Shown piece by piece: positions 12,786-26,067 of a stretch of 64,000 nt of DNA. Below the pieces are notes generated by a model. It worked only from the letters and a program-made list of their open reading frames with translations, was not told where the DNA came from and made no database searches. Within the stretch, counting starts at the first letter, position 1. Each line of letters starts with the position of its first letter. The DNA lies in contig OX597823.1 in NCBI GenBank assembly GCA_951406725.2, positions 39,680,001 through 39,744,000 of the forward strand, read 5' to 3'. Source of the stretch: Octopus vulgaris. Its lineage: Eukaryota. The position numbers were made by a program, and so were the translations under genes.

Positions 12786-13642
12786 CAGTGGCGCTCAAAC
12801 ATTTTTTTTACCTGTGGATCCCTTTACTATTTTACTATGGTGGAGCCTCATAGCCGTACTGGTGGAGACGCAATGGCCCAGTGGTTAGGGCAGCGGACTC
12901 GCGGTTTCGATTCCCAGACCGGGCGTTGTGAGTGTTTATTGAGCGAAAACACCTAAAAGCTCCACGATGCTCCGGCAGAGGATGGTGGTGATCCCTGCTG
13001 TACTCTTTCACCACAACTTTCTCTCACTCTTACTTCCCGTTTCTGTTGTACCTGTACTTCAAAGGGCCGGCCTTGTCACTCTCTGTGTCACGCTGAATAT
13101 CCCCGAGAACTACGTTAAGGGTACACGTGTCTGTGGAGTGCTCAGCCACTTACACGTTAATTTCATGAGCAGGCTGTTCCGTTGATTCGGATCAACCGGA
13201 ACCCTCGTCGTCGTAACCGACGGAGTGTTTCCTTCCACTGTGTTTAGAAACCATAAAGCTATATTATCAGTAGCAGATGAAAATCGTCCAGCAATAGCGG
13301 TGAGAATGCTAGATGCATGTTTCTACCTCGTTGGGCCTTGTCAGTAGTATGAACTCACTGGCAACCGCATGACGAGACAAAATCCGTTGCTATTGAACTA
13401 GTTTTATAGATACATCTTTCAAATTTCCTACCTTAATTTTTCACCCATTAACTTGTGTAGGTTGAACTGTGTAATATATATGAGAAAGAAATCCTATTAT
13501 TAAGATACATCTAAAACCAAATTTTTTCATGGACCCTAAAAATATTATTATAGCTACTCAGTTTACTATTTTGCTTGCACGAGTCCCCAAAAATTTCATA
13601 TGGATTCCCAAGGGCCATATGGACCCCGGTTCAGAACCACTG
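12786..13642. mobile_element. hAT-type non-autonomous element with nested insertions
   Basis: CAGTGG...CCACTG termini; 8-bp TSD AAATAGAC/AGATAGAC; ends homologous to 57399-57654. Confidence 0.75.
12861..13230 (+). mobile_element. tRNA-derived SINE family D nested in hAT element
   Basis: GGAGACGCAATGGCCCAGTGGTTAGGGCAGCGGACTCGCGG..TTCGATTCCC head; the 5' half is shared with 63105-63407. Confidence 0.8.
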
Positions 13643-13722
13643 AGATAGACGTCTAACCATCTACATTTTTCAATAGAGTACAAATTCGCCCTTAAGAACA
13701 CAAAAATGTCACACCTCTGACA

Positions 13723-14370
13723 GTGGAGGTGCGTGGCTTGGTGGTTAGGGGGTGCTGGATACATGATCGTAAGATTGTTGTTTCGATTCCTCGACCGGGT
13801 GACGCGTTGTGTTCTTGAGCAAAACACTTTATTTCATGTTCTTTTCATCTCTAAGTACAAGGCCCAAAATTTTTGGTACTTAATTTATCGACCCCGAAAG
13901 GATGAAAGGCAAAGTCGACCTTGGCGGAATTTGAGCTCAGAACGTAAAGACAGACGAAATACCGTTGAGCATTTCACCCAGAGTGCTAACGTTTCTTATT
14001 TCTTTATTGCCCACAAGGGGTTACACATAGAGGGGGAAAACAAGGACAGACAAAGGAATTAAGGCGATTACATCGACCCCAGTGCGTAACTGGTACTTAT
14101 TTAATCGACCCCGGAAGGGTGAAAGGCAAAGTCGACCTCGGCGGAATTTGAACTCAGAGCGTAACGGCAGACGAAATACCGCTGAGCATTTCGCCCGGCG
14201 TGCTAACGATTCTGCCAGCTCTCCGCCTTCGCTTCATTTCATGTTACTCCAGTCCACTCAGCCGGTAAAAATGAGTAATCCTGCGACGGACCGGTGTCCC
14301 GTCCTGGTGGGGAATATATACCCGAGGAAACCGGCCCTTGCGAGTCGGCATCACTCGAGAAAGTAACTTT
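13723..14370 (+). mobile_element. SINE family C interrupted by a reverse SINE A dimer (13845-14228)
   Basis: Family C head at 13723, body resumes at ~14236; ATTTCATGTT is duplicated on both sides of the insert. Confidence 0.8.
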
Positions 14371-14974
14371 TACTCCTCTAACAGATAACAGAATATCTTC
14401 AGACCTACTGAATAGTGTGTGGTATATAAGCCTTCCTTTCTTGTTTCAATGAAAATTAGCTAGATAGGTTAAGCAACTGGTAGAGGTATCTCTGTTTTAC
14501 AAATCATTTACATTTTTCTCTTTATCTTTATTTCTCCATTTATTCCATGGCTTAGATTGGTGCTTTTGCAGTTCGAACGTTTGTCAACCTGCAAAATGCT
14601 AGAAGTTTCTTACCATACTCGGTATATTCATAGTTTTATTTTCTTCTTTTAAGTTAATCCTAATCTGATCCTTATATCAAATTAAAGTACTTTTCATATC
14701 TTTTTTCAAACTTAATCTACTTTAATCCCCGCTGTCTTGTTTAAATAATTACCCGCTAGACTCTAAATTTAATACAACCACACTTTCTACGTAACATTTC
14801 ACAGTTAATCTCACAAAACTACCTGATAACTCAACTATTCTTCTTTAATTTTGTTAGTTTCCTTCCACGGACTGTGGTATGCTGGGACGTCACTTTCAGT
14901 GAGATGTACTCAGTTGTCCTCACCCCAGTATTTATTGTAACACTCTGTCTATTGTCTTTTTCTTACATCTTTTT

Positions 14975-15322
14975 TCTTGCTTCAGTCATTGGACAGCGGC
15001 CATGTTGTGGTACCGCCTTAAAAAATTTTAGCCGAACAAGTCGACCCTAGCACTGATTTATGAGAACATAAATAAACTCAAACTGGTTCCCAAACACTAA
15101 TGGGGGACAAACACAAACACAAAGAGACACACACGCATATGTGTGTGATATATATATATATAGGATGGGATCATTTTAGTTTTCGTCAACCAAATCCACT
15201 AACAAGGGCTTCAGTCACCATGAGGTTATAGTAGAAGACACCCAAAGTGCCACGCAATGGGACTGAACCCAAAACCATGTGGTTGGGAAGCAAACTTCTT
15301 ACCGCACAGTCACTCCTGCACT
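14975..15322 (-). mobile_element. SINE family B
   Basis: Reverse complement of the 11004 element, diverged. Confidence 0.8.
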
Positions 15323-16611
15323 CATGATACGTACTTTTTTAAAATATATTTTTCTCCCGAAATCAAGATTTAAATTTGAGGTGTGTGCAGTAAAAAGAAT
15401 TTGTCTGCAAAGTTCTCATCCCCCAACACAACCATTTAAATAGCCATATGTGTATCATACTAAATGAAAATACGTCCCGGAAAGGTAAATTTACTGTAGC
15501 ATTTTGTCCTGAGATAACATCTCTTATGGACATACTGTGCTTAAAAAACACAAAGCTATATCAGTAGCAGGCGAAAATCGTCCGGCAACAGCGGTGAGAA
15601 TGCTAGATGCATGTTTCTATCTCGTTGGGCTTTGTCAGCTGTATGTACTCACTGGCAACCGCATGACGAGACAAAATCCGTTGCTAATGATATAGGAAAA
15701 CAGTGATTGAAAATTGCCAGTGTTATAAAATAAAACATTAGATACTGACGTATTGAATATGATAGATAAATTACATTGTGTGTTGTACATGAGTTTTGTA
15801 AGTGTTATAAACTAATTTATGCTCCCAAATCGGGATGCACCTTATATAGGTATTATGGATTTTTTGGTAGTTTTTTTTTACTTTTTATCAGTTTATCGGG
15901 AGGCTAATTTCACCTCTTGATATAAGTTCAGTTAAGAAGTTAGCTGCTATTATGAAGTGAAAAGTACAAAGAATTTACATCGGTAAATACACATCACATA
16001 CACATCTGCTCCACGCATAAATGTATCTGTATGTATAATTTTACATATTATATATGTATGTATATGAGAGAGATGTGTGTGTGTATGTGTATGTTCATAC
16101 ACACACATACGCACGACACAGACATCACATAGACCGATACTTAAGAAAACAGAAAAAATCAAGTGCTGTGACTTTGAGGTTTTACTGAAGGTTTGTTGTC
16201 TTCTGAAAATAGAAACAGTATCACAGAATGAATTATTTGAAAACCACCTCTATATCGAATAACATGACAGGCAGAAGACACTTACGAACGCCTTCTGAGT
16301 GAAAAATAGTTATGCCAGCGCTGATGCATCTAATTAGTCAACCAACAAATGGTTAATTAATTAATTCTCGTTACACGCATAATGATACGAGAAACATTAT
16401 TAGTACAAGAATGAAATCATGTTAAAAAAATAACAAGGGACACAATACTGAAACAAATTCTATGTATGTATGTATGTATGTATGTATGTATGTATGTATG
16501 TATGTATGTATGTATGTATGTATGTATTTATCTGTCTGTCTATCTATCCATCCCTGTGTGTAAATATGCATGCATGCGTACATATACATACTTATATATA
16601 CGTACAAAAAA

Positions 16612-16842
16612 GGTGGCGAGCTGGCAGAAACGTTAGCACGCCAGGCGAAATGCGTAGCCGTATTTCGTCTGCCGTTACGTTCTGAGTTCAAATTCCGCCG
16701 AGGTCGACTTTGCCTTTCATCCTTTCGGAGTCGATTAAATAAGTACCAGTTACGCACTGGGTTCGATGTAATCGACTTAATCCGTTTGTCTGTCCTAGTT
16801 CGTCCTCTCTGTGTTTAGCCCCTTGTGGGTAGTAAAGAAATA
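16612..16842 (+). mobile_element. SINE family A, full length (tail 1)
   Basis: Complete head-core-tail 1. Confidence 0.9.
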
Positions 16843-16983
16843 TATATATACTTATATACAATGTATATATATATATATATATGTGTGTGTGTATATGTAT
16901 GTAGGTATGTGTGTGTATGTAGAAGGTTGAAAAGGAACACGCGAGTTGATATATGTATATATTTATATATATATAATGGTAGA

Positions 16984-17685
16984 TCCATCCATCCATCCAT
17001 CCATCCATCCATCCATCCATCCATCCATCCATCCATCCATCCATCCATCCATCCATCCATCCATCCATCCATCCATCCATCCATCCATCCATCCATCCAT
17101 CCATCCATCCATCCATCCATCCATCCATCCATCCATCCATCCATCCATCCATCCATCCATCCATCCATCCATCCATCCATCCATCCATCCATCCATCCAT
17201 CATACATACATACATACATACATACATACATACATACATACATACATACATACATACATACATACATTATGGCTGCCCCCTCGTTATCGAGAATGGCCAT
17301 TGCACGAAGCTTAACTGTTACTGGTGCTGTGATCGAATGTGACTTTTTAGCCCAGCAAAAAGATCTATAATGTCTTGTACAAAATTGGCAACTAAAACCT
17401 TTTTTACATACATACATACATACGTACATAGACACATACATACATGCATACATAAATGCATACATACATGCATACATACATGCATGCATACATACATACA
17501 TGCATACATAAATGCATACATACATGCATACATACATGCATGCATACATACATACATACATACATACATGCATGCATACATACATACATACATACATACA
17601 TACATACATACATACATACATGCATGCATGCATACATACATACATACATACATACATACATACATACATACATACATACATACAT
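16984..17685. repeat. (CCAT)n followed by (TACA/TGCA)n tetranucleotide arrays
   Basis: (CCAT)n 16984-17200; (TACA)n 17201-17267 and 17406-17685. Confidence 0.95.
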
Positions 17686-18749
17686 GGCGAGGTTCCATCT
17701 TCAAAATTTTAGACGATAACTAAGAAAGATACAAACAGTTGACGCTAACCCAGCATCACGTGATTAGAATATAAAACCTAATTAACCACATATCCATTTA
17801 ATTAAATTTTATAATATCTGTTTAAAGCAGTTTGGATTACTTACGTATTTCAACGCCCTACTTCATGGTCTATTAATAACCGTAACACAGATTTTATTAT
17901 TTGCTAAATCTTTATAAAATTACATTTCTACTTAATTAATTTATCAAAGCACACCAAAGTCATTAGCCATAAGTTCCGCCGCTGTTTATGCCACGTTTAA
18001 CCACGCCTTCCTGTCATACTTCAATTTTTAATTAAACTTTAAATGACTTTTAAATGCTGATTATTTCCTATACTCGTTTAGTTGGTACATGAACTGGTAA
18101 GCTTGATTTATCTACGTGGGTAGTCCACCCGGGCTGTCAGTGATACTTATTCATTCTGGCTTGCCTTATTATCCACTGCTACCTCAACTATCGCTGCTGC
18201 TGCCGCCGTCGCCAGCCATCACCGCCTGTACTACCGCTACTACTACCACCGTCATGACAGTCTCGAATACCACTACTACTACTACCACTACAAATTACAT
18301 CACCATCACTACCACCATTACAACAACCGTCATTGCTCCACCACCACCACCACACTGAACACGTTCCAGTCACTTCAAAGAGCAAATTTGAAAGGTTAAT
18401 GAATAATCAACGTTAACCGGAGATACTTGAATAAGGTGTGTCTAGTAGGGAGTAAGGAGAGAGGGGGAGCAATGAGAGAGAGAGAAGAAGAGAGAGGGGT
18501 AGCGAGAGAGGGAAGGAGAGAGTTGGGGAGAGAGGAAGATGGGGAGGAAGTTAAGTTGAAAGGGAAGGGACGGTCTCCCTCCTCTTTTTCGCTCCTTTCT
18601 CCCTCTCTCCCTCTCCATGAAATATAAGGTGCCTTTGGTTTTTATCTCTGCGATGCCACCTCCACACGCCACTGATGAAGTTTCCAATTCCTTCTTCAAA
18701 TAACATTTGTTTTCGCCTTCCCTTCTTTTTACTTTTCTTCTCCCTCCAC

Positions 18750-18780
<31 letters not shown>

Positions 18781-19008
18781 ACTGCTTCTTCTTCTTTTTC
18801 TTCTTCTTCTTCTTCTTCTTCTTCTTCTTCTTCTTCTTCTTCTTCTTCTTCTTCTTCTTCTTCAGCTTCTTCTTCTTCAGCTTCTTCAGCTTCTTCAGTT
18901 TCTTCAGTTTCTTCAGTTTCTCATTATTTTTTGTTTATTAATATCACTACCATCACTGTTATCCTCATCCTCATCCTCATAATAATCATTATCATTATTA
19001 TTATTATT

Positions 19009-19098
<90 letters not shown>

Positions 19099-19200
19099 TA
19101 ACAATAATATCGTCTTCATCACTACTTCACCACCACCATCAACATCATCATCTTCGTCATCATCATCATTATCGCCGTCGTCGTTGTCATCATGATCATC
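18750..19200. repeat. Compound trinucleotide tract (CAT/TTC/ATT)
   Basis: Direct reading. Confidence 0.9.
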
Positions 19201-19749
19201 AATTCCAGAACTATTGTAGCATGTTGCCAAATTCCCAGAGGCAGAGTTGTTCTAAGTTAATTACACCAACACCATGACCCTGACTAGATTAACGTTAAGA
19301 TGAGGGAAGATGAAAGATTAAAGGTTTCACAATAATTTTCCATCTCTTTTCTTTACACTTTTTTTTTCTGCGTTGCTTCTTTTTCGAAAGAAAAATTGTT
19401 ACTTTTTAAATGAAATTTATTAATAACTATGATAAGGGAAGATTAAAATTTTTTTTTTAAATGTAAGAAATTAGCTGGAAATTGAAACTTAAGGTTATGA
19501 GAGGGACAGGAGAATGGAATGTTAAGGCCTTGATGCTTTGCTTAAGAGTATTAACCGAGGCAAACGAAATGAATTATCTGAAACAGGATTAGCTGTTAGT
19601 CGCACGCGAGTAAGACCTGGTCGTATGTACCACGCTTTCATCAATTCTTTTCGGTGCCTGAGTATAGCGAACAGACTTAGACACCTCCTTGGTCATGCTA
19701 CTCTTAGCTTACTGAAACATCGAGGATGTAACAGCTGGAAGGAGAGAGG

Positions 19750-19885
19750 GCGCCACCTACACGAGTAGAGTGGAGCAACATTGAATGAATTGCTTTGCTG
19801 AAAGACACAACATACTGTCCGGTCGAGGAATCGAATCTACGACCTTAGGATGATGAATCCAACGTCCTAATCTCTGGGCCACCTT
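19750..19885 (-). mobile_element. SINE family C, diverged
   Basis: GTGGAGCAACATTGAATGAATTGCTTTGCTGAAAGACACAAC..GGAATCGAA matches the reverse complement of the family C body and head. Confidence 0.6.
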
Positions 19886-20125
19886 TATAACCAACTGAAT
19901 TACGGTGAGAAAATACCTCAGGATGCTTTTGTAAGTGAAATATATAAAGTGAAACCAGCACTGATTTATTTAATTGGTGAGTCAAGAGATGTTAATTAAG
20001 AAATTTATTGATAAATTAATAAATCCATTTAATAAATTAACATTAAACTCTTAATGAGGAGTCAGAAATCATTAGTTTAATTATTAATTCTAATAAGAAT
20101 AGATTGAGAACTTAATAAATTAATT

Positions 20126-20258
20126 CTGTTGTGTCTGGGGAGAGTCATTTTCTTTTTGTACCTTATAATTTAACACACTCACCGGTAAAATTTCCACTTA
20201 TTTCTTTTTTTCCTATGATTTTCGTTGCGTCTTGCAACCTTTTCAATAGCTTTGACTA
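20126..20258 (+). mobile_element. Dispersed repeat (same family as 38048-38287)
   Basis: CTGTTGTGTCTGGGGAGAGTCATTTTC...GTTGCGTCTTGCAACCTTTTCAATAG. Confidence 0.75.
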
Positions 20259-21563
20259 TGTCCGTCATTTACACTGCGTTCCTTTTTGTTTATTTGTGCG
20301 CATGTGTATGGGTCAGTGTGTGTGTATGTGTGTGTGTGCCTATGCATGCAGGCATGTACGTATGTATGTGTGTATGTTTGTATGTACGTATGTATGTATG
20401 TATGTGTGTATGTATATATGTGAGTATGCATATTTATATATGCATGTATGTGTATGCATCTGTATGTATGTATTCTGCATATTCATGTGCTTTCATGTCC
20501 GTGTTTGTGTATTTTCCATGTATGTGCGTGTGTGAGCGTGTGTTTGTATATGTATGTACCTCTGTATGTCTCCTTGTGTGTGCATGTCTGTGTGTGTGTG
20601 TGTGTGTGTGTCTGTGTTTTGCAACTATGTACCATGTTTGTATGTATGGATGTGCATCTCTATATGTGTGGATCCGTGTCACGATATGCGTCCTTGTGTG
20701 GAGTAAAGTGTGTGTGTACATATGGTCATGTGTTTCGGTCTCCATTTGCGCGTGTGTGCTTGTCTGTTCTTATAACCTATGCACCTATCCGTCTATATGT
20801 TGATCTGTTTATTTTTATATCCACATGCTTACATACAAAAACAAAATACATATGCATACACAGACACTTACATCTACACACACACACAAAAACCAAATGT
20901 GAAAGGAATGGTCTGATTTTCGGCAGAGTGTTAATAACAAACAGTTTTCTTAAAAGATTGTTTTATTTAGAAATGAGAAACAATATCTTACAATATATGT
21001 CTATGTGTTTGCAGGACAAGGTTCGATCAATGATGGATTCGAAATTAATTTTTCATTTCACTGGAGTTCATGAAATCAATGAGATACACAAAGATTTATA
21101 CATTGCATGATTGTCCAGTATGTCTGTGCGTATACAGACACACATAAATTCATAGATGCATACACGCGCGCACACACATACATACATATATACACAAGCA
21201 CGCACACTCACACACATCGCGTAATCGTAAAAATCTGAGACAGTATGTGATGATAAAGGCACAACAGTAAAAATAAAAACGTACGCACAACAGACGCAGA
21301 CATGCTCAATCCCACATCAGTTATTGAGCAAATACTTCAATTTCGACACCTGTATGTGTATATGTGTATGTGCATGAGTGTATGTGCTTGTGTGTGTGCG
21401 CATGTGCTTGTGTGTGTGCATGCGCGCGCATGTATGTTGTATGTTAAAATAATTCTGTAATTTTAAAACAAGTTTAAGAATAACAACGGGACATTTACGC
21501 ATGGTGTGATTCTGTACTGAGAGTAGAGTGAAATTTATTATCGAAGATCAAGTTGATTGCGTG

Positions 21564-21629
<66 letters not shown>

Positions 21630-23044
21630 TTATTATTGTTTATATTTCTGATATTCACATCTACAACGTTCTCAAGAAAATATTAGTTTCTGATGTCGGT
21701 ACAGAGGTGGGTCGAAAGACATCATCGACACCACTATTTAACTAGTACTTCATTTCATCGGTCTCGAAAAGATGGAGAAGGAAGTTGACCTGGTGAAATC
21801 GAAACTCAGAATTTTCTAGAACCGAACGAAATACTGCATAACATTTCTTTCGCCGCTCAAACGATTCTATCAGTTCGAAATAATACTGCGGTTGTTACGA
21901 GTACATTAAATGAACGTTTTATAAGAATGCTTCAAAAAGGAAAATAGGGAAAAGGGGGCAAGAAAAGAATGAAAAGAGAAAAAAGAAAAGGAAAAAAATA
22001 GGTAAGTAAATAAAAGACAGGTGCAAACAACACCATATTATATAAACTATTATACACGCATACACTAAACACATACACATGCACACACACATGCACACAC
22101 GCGCACACAAACATACAGACGTAAACGCATACAGAGGTAGAGATACATACCACAGAAGGTCGAACTAGAATAATCAGGACAAGAGGAGACACATGGGGCA
22201 GAGAGTCACTGATGCGGTCACAGAATGTGTGTCGAAAGAACTTTGATAGACGTATAAACTAAAAATAATACAAGTAAAAACTAAAGTGAAGATCAAATTA
22301 ATAGTGCGTGTGTTTAATTGGCAAAAGATGACCGTCCCCAAGTATAACAAGATTCAACTATATTATTTTTAATTAAAGGTATAAATGTATTTTACTATCG
22401 AGATCCATTTTGAAAATTGAGTGACACCTGACAACTCCACTTCTTTATGAAGTAAATCAACTTAAACAATGGAGTTCAAAGTAGATAAAACTATAAATAA
22501 CTGCAAATGGAATAAAAGGTTAAAAAAAACTTTGGATGGAAAAGGGTTGAGCTTATGTCTTCAGTAAACATCATAGATATTTTAACTATTGTGCCAAAGC
22601 GACTTTTTGGGAATTTTCTCCATCTTTTTCAAAGGCTTTGCTCTTTGCCAGCGAGAATTGTAAGCTGTTCACATAAGAAGAATTTATGAACTTCAACAAA
22701 CTGAAAATAAAGTAGGTCTAACTGTGAAAAATAGCGTGTAAAAATAGCGAATAGAATAGCTGATAAAAAAGAATCCCTTTGGATAGAAAAAAAAGTCGAA
22801 GGTTATCAAAAATTAAAAATTTGATAATTTAAAAAAATTACTATTTGATATTTGAAGAGATATTCTTCCCTTTTTGTTCACCGTAAATGCTGTGCTGTGA
22901 TCCTTATGCCCCGTACAGCTTATTGTATAACGTAGTCATGAACAATTTATATTCTATCAAGTATTTCAAAGGTAATATATTTGATCTTCTCGCTTCTTTC
23001 ACAAATATATTGTGCCCTAATATGGACGCTGACCCCTATATATT

Positions 23045-23250
23045 GGTTTCAAATTGTGGCACAACAATTTTGGGGGAGGGCTAAGTCGGGTATATCAACT
23101 CCAGTATTGAGCTACTACTTATTTAATCGACTCCTGAAGGATGAAAGACAAAGTCGATCTTTGGCAGAATTTGAACTCAAAACGTGAAGATGGACGAAAT
23201 ACCGCTAAACATTTCGCCAACGAGCTAACGATTCTGTCAGCTCGCCGCCT
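23045..23250 (-). mobile_element. SINE family A (tail 2)
   Basis: Reverse complement of head and core. Confidence 0.8.
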
Positions 23251-24403
23251 TATTTGACACCTATATATTAAAAACCGCTAGTTTAGAGTTTTATTTCACA
23301 AGCAGTTGATAAATTACTGCCATCTTGGATAGCTCGGTTCATATCTAGGCTGCATATGTCATAAGTCATCATTCCTGTCTTCTCACGGTGGTTACAAAAA
23401 TATAACATGTTTATCCAGCGGTGCCCGGCAGGAGACAACATGACTAATTACATATATTTACAGATCCAAGCCCCTTCGTTGACAGGACAGATTTCATAAA
23501 GTTTTCTACTCAGCGGGTTCTTGAAAGTATTCCGTACAAGATAAGATAGTAATTCCTCGTCTGGACTTATATTTTCCGACTTGAGTTTTCACGATACCTA
23601 CCGAAAATAAAATAAAGTAAAATAAATAAAAAAAATTGAATTTAAAAATCAACAATAGATTACAACGAAGGCGATACCAGCAACAGAGGAATTGTGTTGA
23701 TAAGACAAACCAATGGGAGAACAGCCTTTATTTAGTTGTTTGAATTACTTGGCATAAGAGCTAAAACTCCCTTCAAAATCACAACCTACTGTTTAATAAA
23801 AGAAAGGATATTTTGAACAGTTTCCCTTGTATAAATTCACGCAAAAAGAGAGTGTTCAGTCTGTTCAGTCATAGCTGAAGCTGAACTTATAATAAACAAG
23901 AACCGCGACTACATTCATATCATACTTTATATTTATAGTTTTATATTTATTATTTATAGTTTTAAGGTGGTGCTAACTCATCAGATCACCAAATTTCTTT
24001 ACTTTCAATGATTTGTATTGATCAGCAGCTTTTTTTATTTGCATTGATCTGTATTTTATATTGCGTAACGCGCATATTACTGCAGACATGTAAATATAAT
24101 TTATTATACATGAAGAAGGCTATGAAACGGCCGTAACCCTAAAGATGTAGGGTGGTTAGATAAATATATTCACCTCTTATACCTCCTGACGTTTTACGGT
24201 TTATGTATTCCACATGAAATAACTTCATCGATCCGATCTTCTTGATTCTAACTGCATAGAACTCTGCATTATACTCCTCCGTATTGTATTACTATGTGGT
24301 CTGTTAGCCAAGTCTACTGGAGGAGCTTTCTGTGTTTCTGTGATAGCCACACGATTCTATGAATTTATATAGTCCATTACAAATTTATATAAATATATGT
24401 ATA

Positions 24404-25103
24404 GGCGCAGGAGTAGCTGTGTGGTAAGAAGCTTGCTTTCCAACAACATGGTTCCGGGCTCGGTCCCACTGCGTGGCACCTTGGGAAAGTGTTTTCTACT
24501 ATAGCTTCGAGCCGACCAAAGCCTTGTGAGTGGATATGATAGATGGAAACTGAAAGAAGCCCGTCGTATGTATTTGTGTGTCTGTGTGTATTTGTGTGTC
24601 TGTATTTGTACCCCCACCATCGCTTAACAACCGATGTTGGTGTGTTTACGTCCCCGTCACTTAGCGGTTCGGCAAAAGAGACCGATAGAATAAGTACTGG
24701 GCTTACAAAGAATAAGTCCAGAGGTCGATCTGTTCGACTAAAGGCAGCGCTCCAGCATGGCCGCAGTCAAAAGGAGTGAAATAAGTGAAAGAATAAAAGA
24801 ATGTATATATATATACATTTGTAGAATAATATATGGATTCATAGAATAATGTTGCTAAGTATATGGGTGCGCGCGTGGGCATGTATGTGCGTGCGTCTTT
24901 GTGCTTGTCTACCACAACCGCTTGACAACTGGAGCTGGTTTATTTACGTCCATTTGATTTGGCGGTTTCGGCTAAAGTGATCGATGAATTATGTAGCAAG
25001 CTTTTATAAGATAAGTACTGAGGTTGGGTTGTTTGACTAAAACCATTCAAGGCGATGCCTCAGTATGGCTGCAACCCGAAGACTGAAACAAGTAAAAGAG
25101 TAA
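24404..25103 (+). mobile_element. SINE family B full copy (24404-24802) plus diverged 3' half (~24910-25103)
   Basis: Homology to the 11004 copy. Confidence 0.8.
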
Positions 25104-25284
25104 ACGAATTATCATAATTATCTACGAGTGTATTTAATTGATATTTATCTCTCACTCGATGGAATAATGGAATACTCCTTTTGTTGAATCTACCAATATT
25201 TCTTCTATAGACTATATATACATACAAACATTGATATATACATACATACATGCATGCATGCATACATACATATATATGTATATT

Positions 25285-25317
<33 letters not shown>

Positions 25318-25528
25318 CTTTTATTTGTTTCAGTCATTTTACTGCGGCCATGCTGGAACATCACTTTTGTCAAACAAATCGACCACAGGACTTATTTTTT
25401 TATAAGCGTAATACTTATTCTATAGGTCTCTTTGCCGAATCGCTAAGTTACGGGGACGTAAATACACCAATATCGGTTGTCAAGGGATGGTGGGGGACAA
25501 ACACAGATACACACACACAAATACATAC

Positions 25529-25575
<47 letters not shown>

Positions 25576-25585
25576 TATATATATA

Positions 25586-25634
<49 letters not shown>

Positions 25635-25872
25635 TTGTGTGTGTGTATCTGTGTTTGTCCCCCACCATCTCTTGACAACCGATATTGGTGTGTTTATATA
25701 TATATATACGATGGGCTTCTTTCAGCTTCCGTCTACCAAATCCACTCACAAGGCTTTGGTCGGGGCGAGGCTATTGTAAAAGACACTTGCCCAAGGTGCT
25801 ACACAGTGGGACTGAACCCGGAACCATGTGATTGAGAAGCAAGCTTCTTACCACACAGCCACGCCTGCACCT
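25318..25872 (-). mobile_element. SINE family B containing an internal inverted duplication
   Basis: Family B sequence; 25459-25696 is a near-perfect palindrome. Confidence 0.85.
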
Positions 25873-25959
25873 GCATACATGCAGGTATGTATGTATGTAT
25901 GTATGTATGTATGTATGTATGTATGTATGTATGTATGTATGTATGTATGTATGTATGTA

Positions 25960-25992
<33 letters not shown>

Positions 25993-26067
25993 ATGGATAT
26001 GTGTGTGTATGTATGTATTATGTATGTATGTATGTATGTATGTAGACGCTATTACATGGATAAACAA

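Noticed and set aside
16688-17723. Multiple 100-290 aa ORFs
   Set aside because: Tetranucleotide-repeat artefacts.
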